A stretch of 63,378 nt of DNA, filler included, from Octopus bimaculoides (taxonomy: Eukaryota): the NCBI RefSeq assembly GCF_001194135.2. It is 13 parts of 12 records of this genome, joined end to end, with 100 filler letters (N's around TTAATTAATTAA, not from the genome) between each part and the next. Parts side by side here need not be neighbours in the genome. Positions count along the whole stretch, not along the records: positions 1 to 2,416 come from NC_068991.1; positions 2,517 to 7,375 come from NC_068997.1; positions 7,476 to 8,765 come from NC_068991.1; positions 8,866 to 16,396 come from NC_068994.1; 9 more parts are not named here. One strand, written 5' to 3'. The translations under genes were made by a program, and so were the position numbers. The notes under the pieces are model-generated. The model was not told the origin of the DNA. It did no database searches and saw only the letters and a list, made by a program, of their open reading frames with translations. Below, one piece after another: positions 1-13,503 of this stretch (position 1 is the stretch's first letter; the number at the start of each line of letters is the position of its first letter).

Positions 1-57
<57 letters not shown>

Positions 58-230
58 GTATGTGTGTGCGTGTATGTATGTGTATGGTTAGCATGTGTTC
101 CCACTAACGTCCCACTATATGACCCTGTCATTACACTTTATATTACCATCTGTGCAGAGTTTTTGTTCTTCAAATTTATTGTCGACAATTCATTTGCTTA
201 ATTCACTCGTACCACCTTGTGCCTACTTAT

Positions 231-472
231 CTGGCAGAATCGCAAGAGCCTCACCCAAAATTCTATACTTAGTTTATTCAGATTTCTTATCTTTCCTAGT
301 TCAAATTCCGCCAGGACCAACTTTGCCTTTCATTCTCTCGAGGTCGATAAAATAGAATACCAATCCAATACTTGGGTCGGTAAAATGAAGTACTGTGGTC
401 GAAATAATCGATTTAATTCTACATTTAAAATTGCTAACCACAAGCCAAAATTTGAAACAATTATTATTATTG
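231..472 (+). mobile_element. SINE family A (tRNA-derived, Meta-like central domain), degraded
   Basis: Shares CTGGCAGAATCG head, GTTCAAATTCC B box and GCCTTTCAT..GAGGTCGATAAAAT core with other copies; ends in an ATT tail. Confidence 0.8.
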
Positions 473-509
473 AGTGAAAGAGCAGCGCATGCCATCAAAG
501 TGACACATA

Positions 510-922
510 TACGAATATACGAAGTCCAATATATCCGTCATGACTACCCGTCTGATAAGAGTACATCAGGTACATACATTGCAACTATATGTGCGTGACA
601 TGGTGATTTCATATCAAGATAAACAACGCATGACCTTGCGGGGGGGGGGGCAGTTAGAATTTTCTTTAGGTCGAGTAGCCCATCCTGCACAAAAGATCCC
701 TGAATAAGAGTTGTTTAAGAATGTTGAACGAAACATCCAATTTTCCAGAAGTGAATTAGTCAAATTCCAAAGAATTCCTCTCAGCACATGGCTATGATAC
801 TTCCACAACTCTGTCCGTGGTCAGAGATGCACATATTGTCAGCCACCAAGGGACATGCTCAACTGGTTAAGGTCAAACAACTGACAAGCAAATCTGTGGT
901 ATTGAGCAGAATATTTGCTGTA
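510..922 (-). repeat. Interspersed repeat (probable LINE 3' region); second partial copy at 2795-2948
   Basis: 775-920 aligns by eye to 2795-2948 (CACATGGCT..CAGAGATGCACA..GGGACATGC..GGTTAAGGTCAA..AATCTGTGGTATTG). Confidence 0.6.
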
Positions 923-1458
923 GTTTGAACCTGGAACCGTATGGTTGGGAAGCCAACTTCTTACGATACAGCCACATACGTATATAGGAATTATATATAT
1001 ACATACATACATACATACATACATACATACAAGCTTGTTGGTTCGTACAAGGTTGTTTGTTCGGCAACAGAAACCGATAAAGGATCTGGATAAAAAAAAT
1101 ATATAGTACTAGGGTCGTCTGGTACGCCTAAAGCCCTTCGAGGTTGTGCTCCAGCGGAGCCGCTGTCAAATGGCTGAAACGAGTAAAAGATAAGATATAA
1201 AACTTATAAGATCATCCTCGTTATCATTGCTATCAGCATCAGCTGTAGCGGCTCTATACATGATGGCAATAATATCCACGTCAGCAACAACAATAAGAAG
1301 AACTATAAAGAATAACGAAAGAGGACAACGCAATCAACAACGATAACAACAAATATGATGACGACGGCTACTGAATGATAGGATCGAACGACAGCAATAA
1401 TACGAGCAACAGAAATAAGAATAAGAGCGGTAATGATAATAATAATAATAATAATAAC

Positions 1459-1511
<53 letters not shown>

Positions 1512-1534
1512 TAATAATAAAAATACTAATAATA

Positions 1535-1748
1535 TTCAGACAAATACATAACAAAAAACACCAGGACTTACAAATATATATAACATACAGAAAATTGCAC
1601 TACTGAGCACTGCACACATCCTACGCAAAACACTTTCAATACAGTAACCACAAGAGCGTCACAGCAAACCACAGCACATACCCAAGGCGCACAGAGCTGC
1701 GCTCGGTAGTGAAGTGAAAGCACGTTATAAAAATAAAACTACTGAACA
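1535..1748 (+). mobile_element. 3' end of R4/Dong-like non-LTR retrotransposon (subfamily b) inside (TAA)n
   Basis: Encodes YNIQKIALL(S/G)TAHILRKTLSIQ-stop, homologous to the C-terminus of the 41160 element. It has (TAA)n on both sides and near-identical copies at 39885-40060 and 52338-52440. Confidence 0.8.
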
Positions 1749-1978
1749 ATAATGATAATAATAATAATAATAACAACAACAACAACAAGAACAACAACAA
1801 TAATAATAATAATATATGGATTGCCATTTAAGCAGATGTAAAACGCGGACAGTTTAATATTGATAACATTACAGCTGCCATCTTGATGACGTCAGCCATT
1901 GAACGAAAGACGCCATTAATTTGAATTATATATCGAACAAATTTATCAGCTGACATTGTCCCATGTTTCTACGTGTAA

Positions 1979-2009
<31 letters not shown>

Positions 2010-2460
2010 TGCATGTTTGCATGTATGTATGTATGTATGTATGTATGTATGTATGTATGTATGTGTGTGTGTATGTATGTGTGTGTGTGTGAATGTGCGT
2101 AAGCATCTTTGTTAGTGTCTGTGTACATCTGTGGGTATTTTTGGAAATGTGGCCGTATGTACGGATGTATGTGTATGCGTATTGGTATGTATATATGTAT
2201 GCTTGTTCGCATGTTAGTATGTACGAATGTATGTGTGTGTGTGTGTGTGTGTGTGCGTGTGTGTGCGCGCGCGTGCGTGTACCACGTACATTGGTTGATT
2301 TGTGAACGAATGAATCTGTGCGTGTATGTAGTTTTATACATATACGTATACTCATACATATTCGCAAACGCACAACAACACACACATACATGTATATATA
2401 CATATATATATATATANNNNNNNNNNNNNNNNNNNNNNNNNNNNNNNNNNNNNNNNNNNN

Positions 2461-2472
2461 TTAATTAATTAA
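2461..2472. other. Assembly spacer TTAATTAATTAA inside N blocks (12 occurrences)
   Basis: The identical 12-mer is centred in ~100-bp N blocks at 2461, 7420, 8810, 16441, 17867, 20459, 32229, 45854, 49978, 52485, 56215 and 62173. It places stop codons in all six frames. Confidence 0.95.
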
Positions 2473-4424
2473 NNNNNNNNNNNNNNNNNNNNNNNNNNNN
2501 NNNNNNNNNNNNNNNNAACTGGGAAATACTCTCAGAAAAGAATGACTTTGAAAAGAATGAAATTTGTAAAAAGTAAGAAAAGACAAAAGAAAAAAATGTT
2601 AGCAAGGAATGAAGCTGGACAAAGCAAAAACACATCGATTTCGGAATGAAAACTCAGACTATAATATTGTGTAACACGATTTTTGTTCTTGGGTAGCAAC
2701 TGTTATTTCCTGTTTGTTTACCTCAAGAAAGTATTTTAAAAATGGCTAATATTTCTTTCAAACTTTGCTTTTCTTACATTTATTCAACCAAATAATCCCT
2801 CTCAACACATGGCTGTGATGCCCCCAATCCACTACTCCTACTCGTGATCAGAGATGCACATTGTCAACCACTTAGGGACATGCCAAAGTGGTTAAGGTCA
2901 AGCAACTGATAAGAAAATCTGTGGTATTGGGCAGATTATATTTGCTATAACGATATTTCTGCACAGGTGCAACTCAGCGCTGGATCTGCCTGAAGTGTAA
3001 TGGAAAATAGGTAAATTTCAAAACATTGATGTCCAAGTGAGAAAAGCAAAGTTTGATGGGAATAATAGTATTTTTTTTTGATTTCTAGTTAAAAGCAAGT
3101 ATGAAATAAAACTTACTAACCAAAAAATAAAAAAAATAGTGGAAGTCATATTGCAGATTTGTTGCTGTTGTGTAGCCCTCGTTAATCTTCGAGTAGCCGT
3201 GACCAATTCACCTGTTTTTAGATGTATGTAGAGCACATTATCTAATGTATTATGTCCTGTACGGTGCGATTTGAGGAAAATTTGACTGCTATTTCTAGCA
3301 AGTCGAGTGAGAACGCAGAGTCTACTTCATTGAATCGCAAACTGAAGAATATCAGCAAAACAGATCTTGACACGTAGGTCGGAATGATAAAGAGATTATC
3401 CCGCTGAAAGAGACCATCCTACTCAGTTGGTGACAAAGTAAAGAAAAGAGATAATCGACAAGGAAAAAAGGGAGGCAAAAAGTGCCAAAAGTGGGAAAGT
3501 TGTTTATACATGAGCAATATTTTTATTGGTGAGGTAGCTGTCGATGAAAATGTGTGAACGGATAAGTAAAGTACGGACGAGAAAGACCAGGAAAAGATAC
3601 GGTTCTATTAGTAAGTGAAACAGAAAGTGTTATACTTCGCATAAAATAAGAAATGAAAGCTGATTATTGAACAGATAAGAATGAATGAAATACCAATGTT
3701 TTATAATCTTTTGATAGTTTCAGTTATTACATTGCAGCCATATTGGACACCACTTTCTTTGTTGTCCTATCTTAATTAGATATATATTTTATAAATAGTT
3801 ACAGATTGTCATATCTGGATACACTTGCATTTAATCAAACTTTTTCTTGATGTAAACACATATTTGTTTTAAATATATTATTTACGATTCCATGTATTTT
3901 GTTACGTTTTTTTTCTTATTTCTTACTTCTCCTTTCATAGCCTTTTCAGCTTGTCTTAGTTATGTCCCTTTTGACACGAGCTCGCCAGTAGTTTAACGTA
4001 ACTTAGTTTTATATTAATTTACGTGTTTTTGCTCACACTTATGAATTTCATTCCTTTTAAACATCATCTAATGTAATGAATAGTTCGGATCTTGTTAAAT
4101 TTCTTCCAACGACTTGAACTTTTTCCAATTTTCATCAGATTATTTTCAAACAATGTTGTTTTGCATGGTGATGACGAAGTTTGCATTCATTTTTTTTCTA
4201 GAAATTAATAAAAAGAAGTTACAGGCATTTAAAGTTATATAATTTTAACCAGTCGGAAATCTCAAAATGTTAATGTTGTCATGCAGATAGGCATGCGCAA
4301 CCAAGTCAAAACCTCTCCGCGGTTTCTCGACCTGCTTAGAAATAGCAGCCAGATCTTCCTTCAATTAAACCGTAACATCTAAAAACAACTGATCTCACAC
4401 ACTGGAACAGAATTTGGCATATTG

Positions 4425-4545
4425 ACTTCGAATTTTAGCTCAAAGCCAGCAATTTAAGAGGAGGGGGCAAGCCGATTACCCAACTAGTACTTATTTTATC
4501 GACCCCGAAAGGCAAAATCACTCTTGACGGAATTTGAACTCAGCA
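4425..4545 (-). mobile_element. SINE family A fragment
   Basis: AGTACTTATTTTATCGACCCCGAAAGGCAAA..GGAATTTGAACTCAG is the reverse complement of the family A core. Confidence 0.75.
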
Positions 4546-4600
4546 GAGTTTGCAATATTAAATATTTTAAATGTGTGTGTGTGTGAGTGTGTGTGTGTGT

Positions 4601-4659
<59 letters not shown>

Positions 4660-4820
4660 TGTGTGTGTGTGTGAGTGTGTATGTGAGTGTGTATGTGCGT
4701 GTGTGTGCTTGCGTGAGTGTGCGTATGTGTGAGTTTACGTTTGTTACTTATTTACAGAGACATATTTACAATATTTAAAAGAATAAACTCTGCCTAGAAA
4801 CACGCTGTGTGCATGTTTTA

Positions 4821-5374
4821 TCTATATTAATAAACGCGAAATTCTGTCTGTCCGTCCGGGACCCCTGTATCTCAGTCTACATTTGCTCTACATAGATATA
4901 TCATACCCTTTTGGAATCAGGATGGTCCCGGGATTGAAAATCTCCCCTTCAATTGGTTCTTAAACATCCAGCATTGGAATCTGATTTAAAAGCATTTGGG
5001 CTGCTATTTCTAGCAGGTAAAACTTGGCTGACCACACCATCTTGGTTACCGTTTGTCAGATGACGTCGGAGATCAAGGTGGGTGGTGGGGGGATAAACGA
5101 CATTCACTTCGTCAATTTTACGTCGAGATAAGAACTTTGGGTCAAATTGGCCAACAGTAGGAATTCAACTTGGGACTACAACAATAGAATGATTGCATTA
5201 TAGAATTAATTCTCATGCGTCTTTAACCGTTGATTAAACACTACCGGGACATTTAGTCATTATAGCCGTTTTATAGTCATGCTATTTAGCTCTCTTTAGT
5301 TTTGGACCGCAGCCCAATTAACCCTCCGCAGAAGCTAGCTGAAAAGTCCGCACGGAGTGCATGTTTTAAGCTAG
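4821..5374 (+). mobile_element. Non-autonomous Helitron
   Basis: Starts TC (TCTATATTAATAAACGCG) after an A. Ends with a subterminal hairpin remnant (CCGCACGGAGTGC) and CTAG before a T, i.e. an A|T target with no TSD. Confidence 0.7.
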
Positions 5375-5397
5375 TTATTAACATATACAATGTGCAT

Positions 5398-5610
5398 GGC
5401 GGCGAGCTAGCAGAATCGTTAGCACGTCGGGCAAAATGCTTAGCGATGTTTCATCCGTCTTAACGGTCTGAGTTCATATTCCACCGAGATCGTCTTTGCC
5501 TTTCATCCTTTCAGGGGCGATAAAAGAAATACCAGTTGGGCACTGGGGTCGATGTAATAAACTTAACTCCTTCCCTCGAACTTGCTGGCCCTGTGTCATA
5601 ATTTAAAATT
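5398..5610 (+). mobile_element. SINE family A, full length
   Basis: GGCGGCGAGCTAGCAGAATCGTTAGC head, B-box-like GAGTTCATATTCC, core GCCTTTCATCCTTTCAGGGGCGATAAAA. Confidence 0.85.
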
Positions 5611-6446
5611 AATATATACGATGTTCTTAGGATTGCATATACTAAACATAGTTTCGCTGTGAGTTTAGGACCATACCACGAACCATCGGTGCTTTAATTA
5701 TGAATGAAAACAAACCAACACCTCCAAGTGTTTCAAATGGTTGGAAGAAATTTAACAAGATCCAATAGTTTTATTTTCTTTACTTAGGCTATATCTAATA
5801 TCTGTTTACTTAACGAACGCCAATATATAGTCATTTAATCTAATTTGACCTTTTCACAAAATATATTACGGTAAGGTAAACTAACTTAATATCCTCTTTA
5901 ATTCCAGTTTAATGAAAACAACTTTCTTTACTTGTTTCTAGTAATCTGACTTAATTCCGATTAGTCCCCGGCCGTCTTTACAAATTCTACAATATTTTTA
6001 TAACATATGAACTATCCTCGAAGTTTTACAATCTACAAATGCCTTAAAAATCTATTATTCTTTAAAAACTGACTATGCTTTAAAAGTTTCGTTTAATTTT
6101 AATCCCAAACTCCCCAAAATATCTGTACGTTCGTAAATCTAGAAGTACTTGGATGTTCAGTTTAATTTTACTTTCTTTACTTATAAAAGAAAAGTTACTT
6201 ATTTTGAATTGAAGCTATTCGTTTTCAGCCTGTATCCAAATTTGGAATTTAACTGTCCGGTTGTTTTTTAAACATTACTTTGTTTCTTTTCAAACTTCTT
6301 CTTTGTATTGTCTTTCGCTCTTTTCTATTTTTGATTTTCTTCTTCATTGACGTAAAAACAAAAAAACTGGAAAATAGTTCTTCCATAAGTTTTGAACATA
6401 TCGAATTGAATGAGATGAATTTATAAACTTTATAATTGACATATAC

Positions 6447-6483
<37 letters not shown>

Positions 6484-6744
6484 ATGAGTTTGTGTGAATG
6501 TGTGAGTTTGTGCGTGTATGCATGCGCACACGAGTGCTATAAGCTGCATGGTTAGATGTAGATTATAAAGCTTAAGAAACAAACAATCAAGGCCAGCAAT
6601 AGCGAAAGAAAAAAATCCCCAACTGCATCAGTATTAAAAACGCTGACGCCATCTTTGCTACGACAATCACAATCACTATATCTATAACTACCATCACCAC
6701 AAGCACTGAGAAGAACAGCACAGGCACCACCGCCATGGCCACTC

Positions 6745-6834
<90 letters not shown>

Positions 6835-7252
6835 CGAGAAGAGGAAGAGACAAAGGCGGAAGAAGAACAGGAGGAAAAAGAAGAAGAGGGAGTGAAAGAG
6901 GAAGAAAAGGGATAAGAACAAGAAGTGTAGGAGAAGACAAGGAAGAAGAAGACAAAAAGAAAAAGAAGTGTAGGAGAAAGAAAAAACCCCAAAAAACAAG
7001 AAGTAGAAGAGGAAGGAGAAGAAGCAGTAGAGGCAGAAAAGGAAAAACAAGAAAGGGAGCAGAATATGGAATGGAGCATAAAAGCAACTTATATCTCGAG
7101 ATCATCTTTGCAAAAACGGAGCTCTCCGTATAATAAGAAGGAATCACAAGATGGTTGCTGATGTGCTGTTAGTATTGAAGTGTGACGATGACTATACATA
7201 CATACATACATACATTATGTATGTACATATACATATGTATATATGTATGTGC

Positions 7253-7324
<72 letters not shown>

Positions 7325-7886
7325 GTATTTAGATATGTGTGTTTATATATTAGTTTTTCATAGCTTTTTTCAATTNNNNNNNNNNNNNNNNNNNNNNNNN
7401 NNNNNNNNNNNNNNNNNNNTTAATTAATTAANNNNNNNNNNNNNNNNNNNNNNNNNNNNNNNNNNNNNNNNNNNNCTGTCTCTGTACGTCTGTCAGTATT
7501 TACATCGAGAAAGCGTTGACAGCCAAAAGTGTGTTTAATGGAGAGGAATAAAATAGTAAATAATTACATTGTGTCGAAAATACATTTCACTCTCTTGAAG
7601 TTTAAATATTCCCGCCACAGGGCTTTTACAATGGTGAATTATTATCGCCCACCACCACCACACAATCCTGATAACAGATATTATTAATCAGATATTTATT
7701 GTGTTAATTGATATATATATATATATATATGTATATATACCAGAAGTGGCGTATGGGTTTGGTTGACGAGTTAAGCAAAATAATTGAGATTCAGATGAAT
7801 TAGGTACTTAAGTTGAGGCACCAAATATTAGTGCGGTATTATCCGTACAGTTTCAAAATAAGGTGAATAAAATCAAAATAAGCAAC

Positions 7887-8725
7887 AGGATACCCAGAGG
7901 TGATGCAGTACGATCGTTTCAAGCGACTCCATTTAATTGAACAATGCAATCATTACATCAATTTAAATGCAGAGCTATCCTCAGCTGCATAAATAAATTA
8001 TTAGAATTAATTTAATCAGTCGGACACATTCGTTTAATTTTGCTTCAATCCTCTAAGAGGGTAGAAGACATTTTTCGTTATAATTTTCTTAATATGTTTC
8101 TTGATAACCCTAAATTTTATCTTTATACAATATAACAATATTGTTTAAATCATTCAACTATAGTACTCCATGATAAAATTTCCCCTGTATTATCATCATT
8201 GGTTTTACCAGAGTCTTGCGCCTTTAACTGGTAATTAACATCTTGATTTAAGATCTTCCTTTACCAAACCTCATTATAGACAGGTTATTCTACTTCAAAA
8301 TAATCTTGGCAAATTTTATGACTATACCCACTATGATTCTGTCATCTCTCTCATGCCCTTTCCTAACAGACACTACTCTATTGTCTTAGATTTTGATATA
8401 CAAAGATTTGATAAACAAGACTATAAATTAAAACCAACCCAAAAATCAGTGACAAACTAGAACCCAAACAAGTTAGTTTTTTTTTTCCTGATATCTTAGT
8501 AGCTTCTAAGAATGAAGTGAAAACAGCATGGACTTTTGTCTGTCTTCTTACCGTCTTAGAAGATTTAAGTAAAATTATACAACTGTGTCCGACTGATTAA
8601 ATTAATTCTATTAATTTATTTATGCAGCTGAGGATAGCTTTACATTTAAACTGATGTAATGATTGCATTTTTCAATTAAATGGAGTCGCTTGAAGCGATC
8701 GTACTGCATCACCTCTGGATATCCT
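7887..8725. mobile_element. Foldback element with 142-bp inverted arms
   Basis: 7887-8028 is the reverse complement of 8584-8725 with about 7 mismatches; 555-bp spacer; no clear TSD. Confidence 0.8.
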
Positions 8726-9556
8726 ATAAAGTGTATATATTGATATATATATATATATATATATANNNNNNNNNNNNNNNNNNNNNNNNNNNNNNNNNNN
8801 NNNNNNNNNTTAATTAATTAANNNNNNNNNNNNNNNNNNNNNNNNNNNNNNNNNNNNNNNNNNNNCCTCACATACACTCACTATCACAGACAGAGACATA
8901 TTCACGCACACACACACTCACACACAATACACACACACACTCGCACATACACTCATACACTTACACACACACACTTACATACACACACTTACATACACAC
9001 ACTTACACACACACACTCACAGAAATACACACACACTGGCACACGCGCACGCGCACTTAATTACACTCACAGACACACCATCACACACACACTCACACAC
9101 ACACACAAACACACACACACTTACACACTCACACACACACACGCACACACTCACACACACTCACACACATACAAATATTGATATATAAAAGCGGGGAATC
9201 TCATGTAAGCATTTACTTAAAGGCTCAGAATGGTTAAGGTCGCTGTGTGTATGTATATATTGCGGTAGATATATAAACGCACCTGTGTATAAATGTATAT
9301 GTGTGTGTGTGTGTAATTATTTGCATATATATGTCCGCATATATGTGTATATAGGTATGTAGCACAGAATTTTGTCAAAGCGACGAAAATATTTTGACAA
9401 ATTAAATTTAAATGTTGAAGTGAATCTAACGGATTTTGTGTGTTATTTTAAATGGCTTATAAACACCTTCCACGCTGTAATTGTTTTCGTTCCAGCATAC
9501 GATCTCAGATCAGGTCACTTGCTATGCAAGTACATCTCCGTAATNNNNNNNNNNNN

Positions 9557-9598
<42 letters not shown>

Positions 9599-9751
9599 GC
9601 ATATGTATATATATACATATATATATATATATACACATATATATATACATATATATATATACACATATATATATACATATATATATATAATATATGTATA
9701 CACGCACACACATATATATGCATGTAAATACACACACACACACACACACTG

Positions 9752-9912
9752 CCCGTAGTAGATCTCTTTCGTTATCGTTTGGGTTTAACAGTCCAAAATG
9801 GACTAAACCTTTCATATCCCACCAAACAGATAACAACACCTTACGTGGGCGAAGACCTTCTTTAGTCTGGGGTGCTGGTGTTTCTCCTTTCTCTGTCCAC
9901 TGTCTTCGGCAG
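9752..9912 (-). mobile_element. Mariner transposase fragment
   Basis: [44 protein letters not shown], the same family as 43923-44678. Confidence 0.85.
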
Positions 9913-10934
9913 AAACACGGTCAATTAGGTCTACACTAATTATATAATCGTAGGCAAGCGGCAAGAAACTGGAAAAAGTACTTATTTTTTGAAGTATCAA
10001 AATAATCCGGGCTTTTATACGGACTGTCTCGGTTCATCCTGAGTATTTGCTAATATATGCCCCTTTTGGGGTATTATTTAAAATTCTTTTATTCTTCTTT
10101 ATTGGTTTTGTTACTTATTATTATTTCTTTCGATATAGTTCTCTGTTTTTATTGTCGATTTCTCGGTTCTTCTCTATGTAAATCATCAAATATTTTTCTA
10201 TTTCATTCTGCGTATCTTAGGTGCGTGCGACATTTTGTTTTTGTGTTGTATTTTCTACTGTATTCAGCGTTCCCTTTCTGTACGGGGTATAGTCGTTATA
10301 TTTTCCGTATGTTATCAATATGTAATAGTCCTGATGTTTTTATTATATATTTCTCTCTATTTCTAAACAATTGTCAAGACATCAATTATTACAGACACCG
10401 TTTCTGTTTTTAATCTTGGTTATCTCTATTTCTTGATCTATAAATCTGAAAGATCTCAACACAGACCTTTCTATTTCCATACCTTATTATACAGTAATAA
10501 TTTCACCAAATATTTTTAAAGATTAATTATCGTCTGACAAATTGCGACTAATACTTCGATCAGATGTCTCAGAGACCAGATTAAAATCCATGCATCACTG
10601 CAATACAATATTTACAACTTACCAAAGTGCTTGACCAGGATTTAGTGTTTACGACAAGACATAGCTAAAACTCTAACATCAAATTATAAATGAATTCATC
10701 GAAAAAAAACTTTCAACATCTGCGTGTATACGCGCACATATGTGTGTGTATATACGCTGCGCTCTGTATGTAGATTTTCCTGTTAGAACCAATGTATTAC
10801 TTGGAATATCTAATGGGTTTCAAATAATTTCTTTTTAGAAATAATGGAGAAAGTGGCGTTGAGATGAAGTTATTGATTGAAAAAATATCTGTACACACCT
10901 ACGCATGCAATATGTATATGCCCACCTCTCTAAA

Positions 10935-10983
<49 letters not shown>

Positions 10984-11540
10984 TTCTGTCTTTCTCCAGC
11001 TCTTTCCCTCTCCCTCGCTCTCTCTCTCTCCCTCTCTCTTACATATATAAGTATATATAAGTACAAAAACGTGCAGCACACGTCGACTCATATACATACA
11101 CTCACACATACATATATACATACATACATGCATGCATACGTACATACACACATATATACCTGCACATACATACACACACATCTACATGCACACATACATA
11201 CATACATACATACATACATACATACATACATACATGCATATGTACGTACGCGCGTACGTTTGTATAGTGACCACAACTGGTCCAACACCCCAGAAATATA
11301 ATGGTTTATATCACTTAACTATTCCTACTTAAAATACTTCATTAATATAAGTATATATGTGTCTGTATATATATATATATATATATNNNNNNNNNNNNNN
11401 NNNNNNNNNNNNNNNNNNNNNNNNNNNNNNNNNNNNNNNNNNNNNNNNNNNNNNNNNNNNNNNNNNNNNNNNNNNNNNNNNNNNNNNNNNNNNNNNNNNN
11501 NNNNNNNNNNNNNNNNNNNNNNNNNNNNNNNAAGGATATA

Positions 11541-11582
<42 letters not shown>

Positions 11583-11894
11583 AAAGACACACACGCATAC
11601 ACACACGCATGCATATATACACTTCGTTTTTGTATTTAGTTTGTAAGATTCTTGATGTGAATTCGTGTGATGAAAAAAATCTTGTGTCTTGGGTGGATCA
11701 TTACGCCAATAATAATAAACAGAATCGCCACATTTCTTTTATTAGTGGCTTAATGATCCGCCCAAGACACAAGATATATATAGGAAGGATTAAGAGGAAA
11801 AAAAAAACAGAGAGAGAATGAAAGAAAAAAAACGGAGAGAAAAAATGTGTAGACTTCAATGGTCCAACATGGTGAGATATATACGACAGGCGTG

Positions 11895-12040
11895 TTTCAA
11901 CTTTCCACTAGCAAGACTACTTGCAAGTCACAGGTATACCCGGCGTTATAGTTGAGGACACACTTGTCCAATGTACCACGTAGTAGGACTGAACCTAAGG
12001 TCATGTGGTTGAGAAGCAATCTAAATAACTTTATAGCCAT
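11895..12040 (-). mobile_element. SINE family B 5' part, degraded
   Basis: GAGGACACACTTGTCCAATGTACCACGTAGTAGGACTGAACC..ATGTGGTTG is the reverse complement of the family B head and core. Confidence 0.7.
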
Positions 12041-13472
12041 GGTAACAAAACCCAACATTAATTTCACTTAAAAAAAAAGAATTCTCGAAAATCAATGGAA
12101 GTCTGTGTCAGTACTTAGTAGTCGCTTTCACCCGATTAGTCATGGAGTTGATTAAATTATCAATGACAAACTGATCCATGTTTATCCACTCTACGGTCAA
12201 GAGCTTGTTTCAAATTTGTAATTAATGTAATTTTCGACGATCTTGTTCGTGACATTCTATCGAGATGGTTTCATATGTGTTGCTACGGATTAAAATCGGA
12301 ATTTTGAGCAACACATTTGAAAGATTCGATTCTTCTGTGAATTCTGTTTCATACAAGTGAAACCGTGCTTGACTTCCATTCCCATGGAAGAAGATTGATC
12401 TTCTTTTCAATTCTTGTGTTGGAATACATGGGTAAAACACCTTTCAAGTACCGTATTATCCGGCGCACAAGTCAAGATTTACACCCAAAACAAAGTAGAT
12501 CGATTTATACTCCTAGATCCTGGAGGACCAAAACCTTTAAGTGACGCGCAGCAGGATTTGTAAAGATAGTGACGACACTTGCATGTTTAAACTATAGTTG
12601 TACACCATATACCACACCGCCTTGTATGCCAGGGGATACACTAACTGACAGTAATTAATATTATTTAAATGACTTTGAACAAAAAACGAGCACCGATCTG
12701 CCTGTTGCCGAAACTGCACCTCTTTCATTTCAGTAGAAGGACATATTATTGTAACTACATTTAAACAATCCAAGTGGGAAGGAAGAATACAAATATATAT
12801 ACATATATACACACATACACACACATATATATATATATATATANNNNNNNNNNNNNNNNNNNNNNNNNNNNNNNNNNNNNNNNNNNNNNNNNNNNNNNNN
12901 NNNNNNNNNNNNNNNNNNNNNNNNNNNNNNNNNNNNNNNNNNNNNNNNNNNNNNNNNNNNNNNNNNNNNNNNNNNNNNNNNNNNNNNNNNNNNNNNNNNN
13001 NNNNNNNNNNNNNNNNNNNNNNNNNNNNNNNNNNNNNNNNNNNNNNNNNNNNNNNNNNNNNNNNNNNNNNNNNNNNNNNNNNNNNNNNNNNNNNNNNNNN
13101 NNNNNNNNNNNNNNNNNNNNNNNNNNNNNNNNNNNNNNNNNNNNNNNNNNNNNNNNNNNNNNNNNNNNNNNNNNNNNNNNNNNNNNNNNNNNNNNNNNNN
13201 NNNNNNNNNNNNNNNNNNNNNNNNNNNNNNNNNNNNNNNNNNNNNNNNNNNNNNNNNNNNNNNNNNNNNNNNNNNNNNNNNNNNNNNNNNNNNNNNNNNN
13301 NNNNNNNNNNNNNNNNNNNNNNNNNNNNNNNNNNNNNNNNNNNNNNNNNNNNNNNNNNNNNNNNNNNNNNNNNNNNNNNNNNNNNNNNNNNNNNNNNNNN
13401 NNNNNNNNNNNNNNNNNNNNNNNNNNNNNNNNNNNNNNNNNNNNNNNNNNNNNNNNNNNNNNNNNNNNNNNN

Positions 13473-13503
<31 letters not shown>

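Larger units (their letters stand above)
4087..5763. mobile_element. Non-autonomous TIR DNA transposon (Merlin-like) containing nested insertions
   Basis: Perfect 24-bp TIR GGATCTTGTTAAATTTCTTCCAAC (30/32 extended) at 4087 and, reversed, ending at 5763. Flanked by 8-bp direct repeats AATAGTTC (4079-4086) and AATAGTTT (5764-5771). Confidence 0.7.

Noticed and set aside
2461-2472. Recurrent TTAATTAATTAA motif as a biological repeat or CRISPR-like array
   Set aside because: Always centred in fixed-size N blocks; it is an artificial scaffold spacer with stops in six frames.
6552-7147. Poly-Leu, poly-Ile or poly-Ser membrane-like ORFs
   Set aside because: Translations of (TAA)n, (GAA)n and purine-rich simple repeats.
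10620-10665. 42-nt minus-strand segment bounded by TTTTAG and GTAAGT as a CRPPA exon
   Set aside because: Its only open frame (LCLVVNTKSWSSTL) does not resemble CRPPA.
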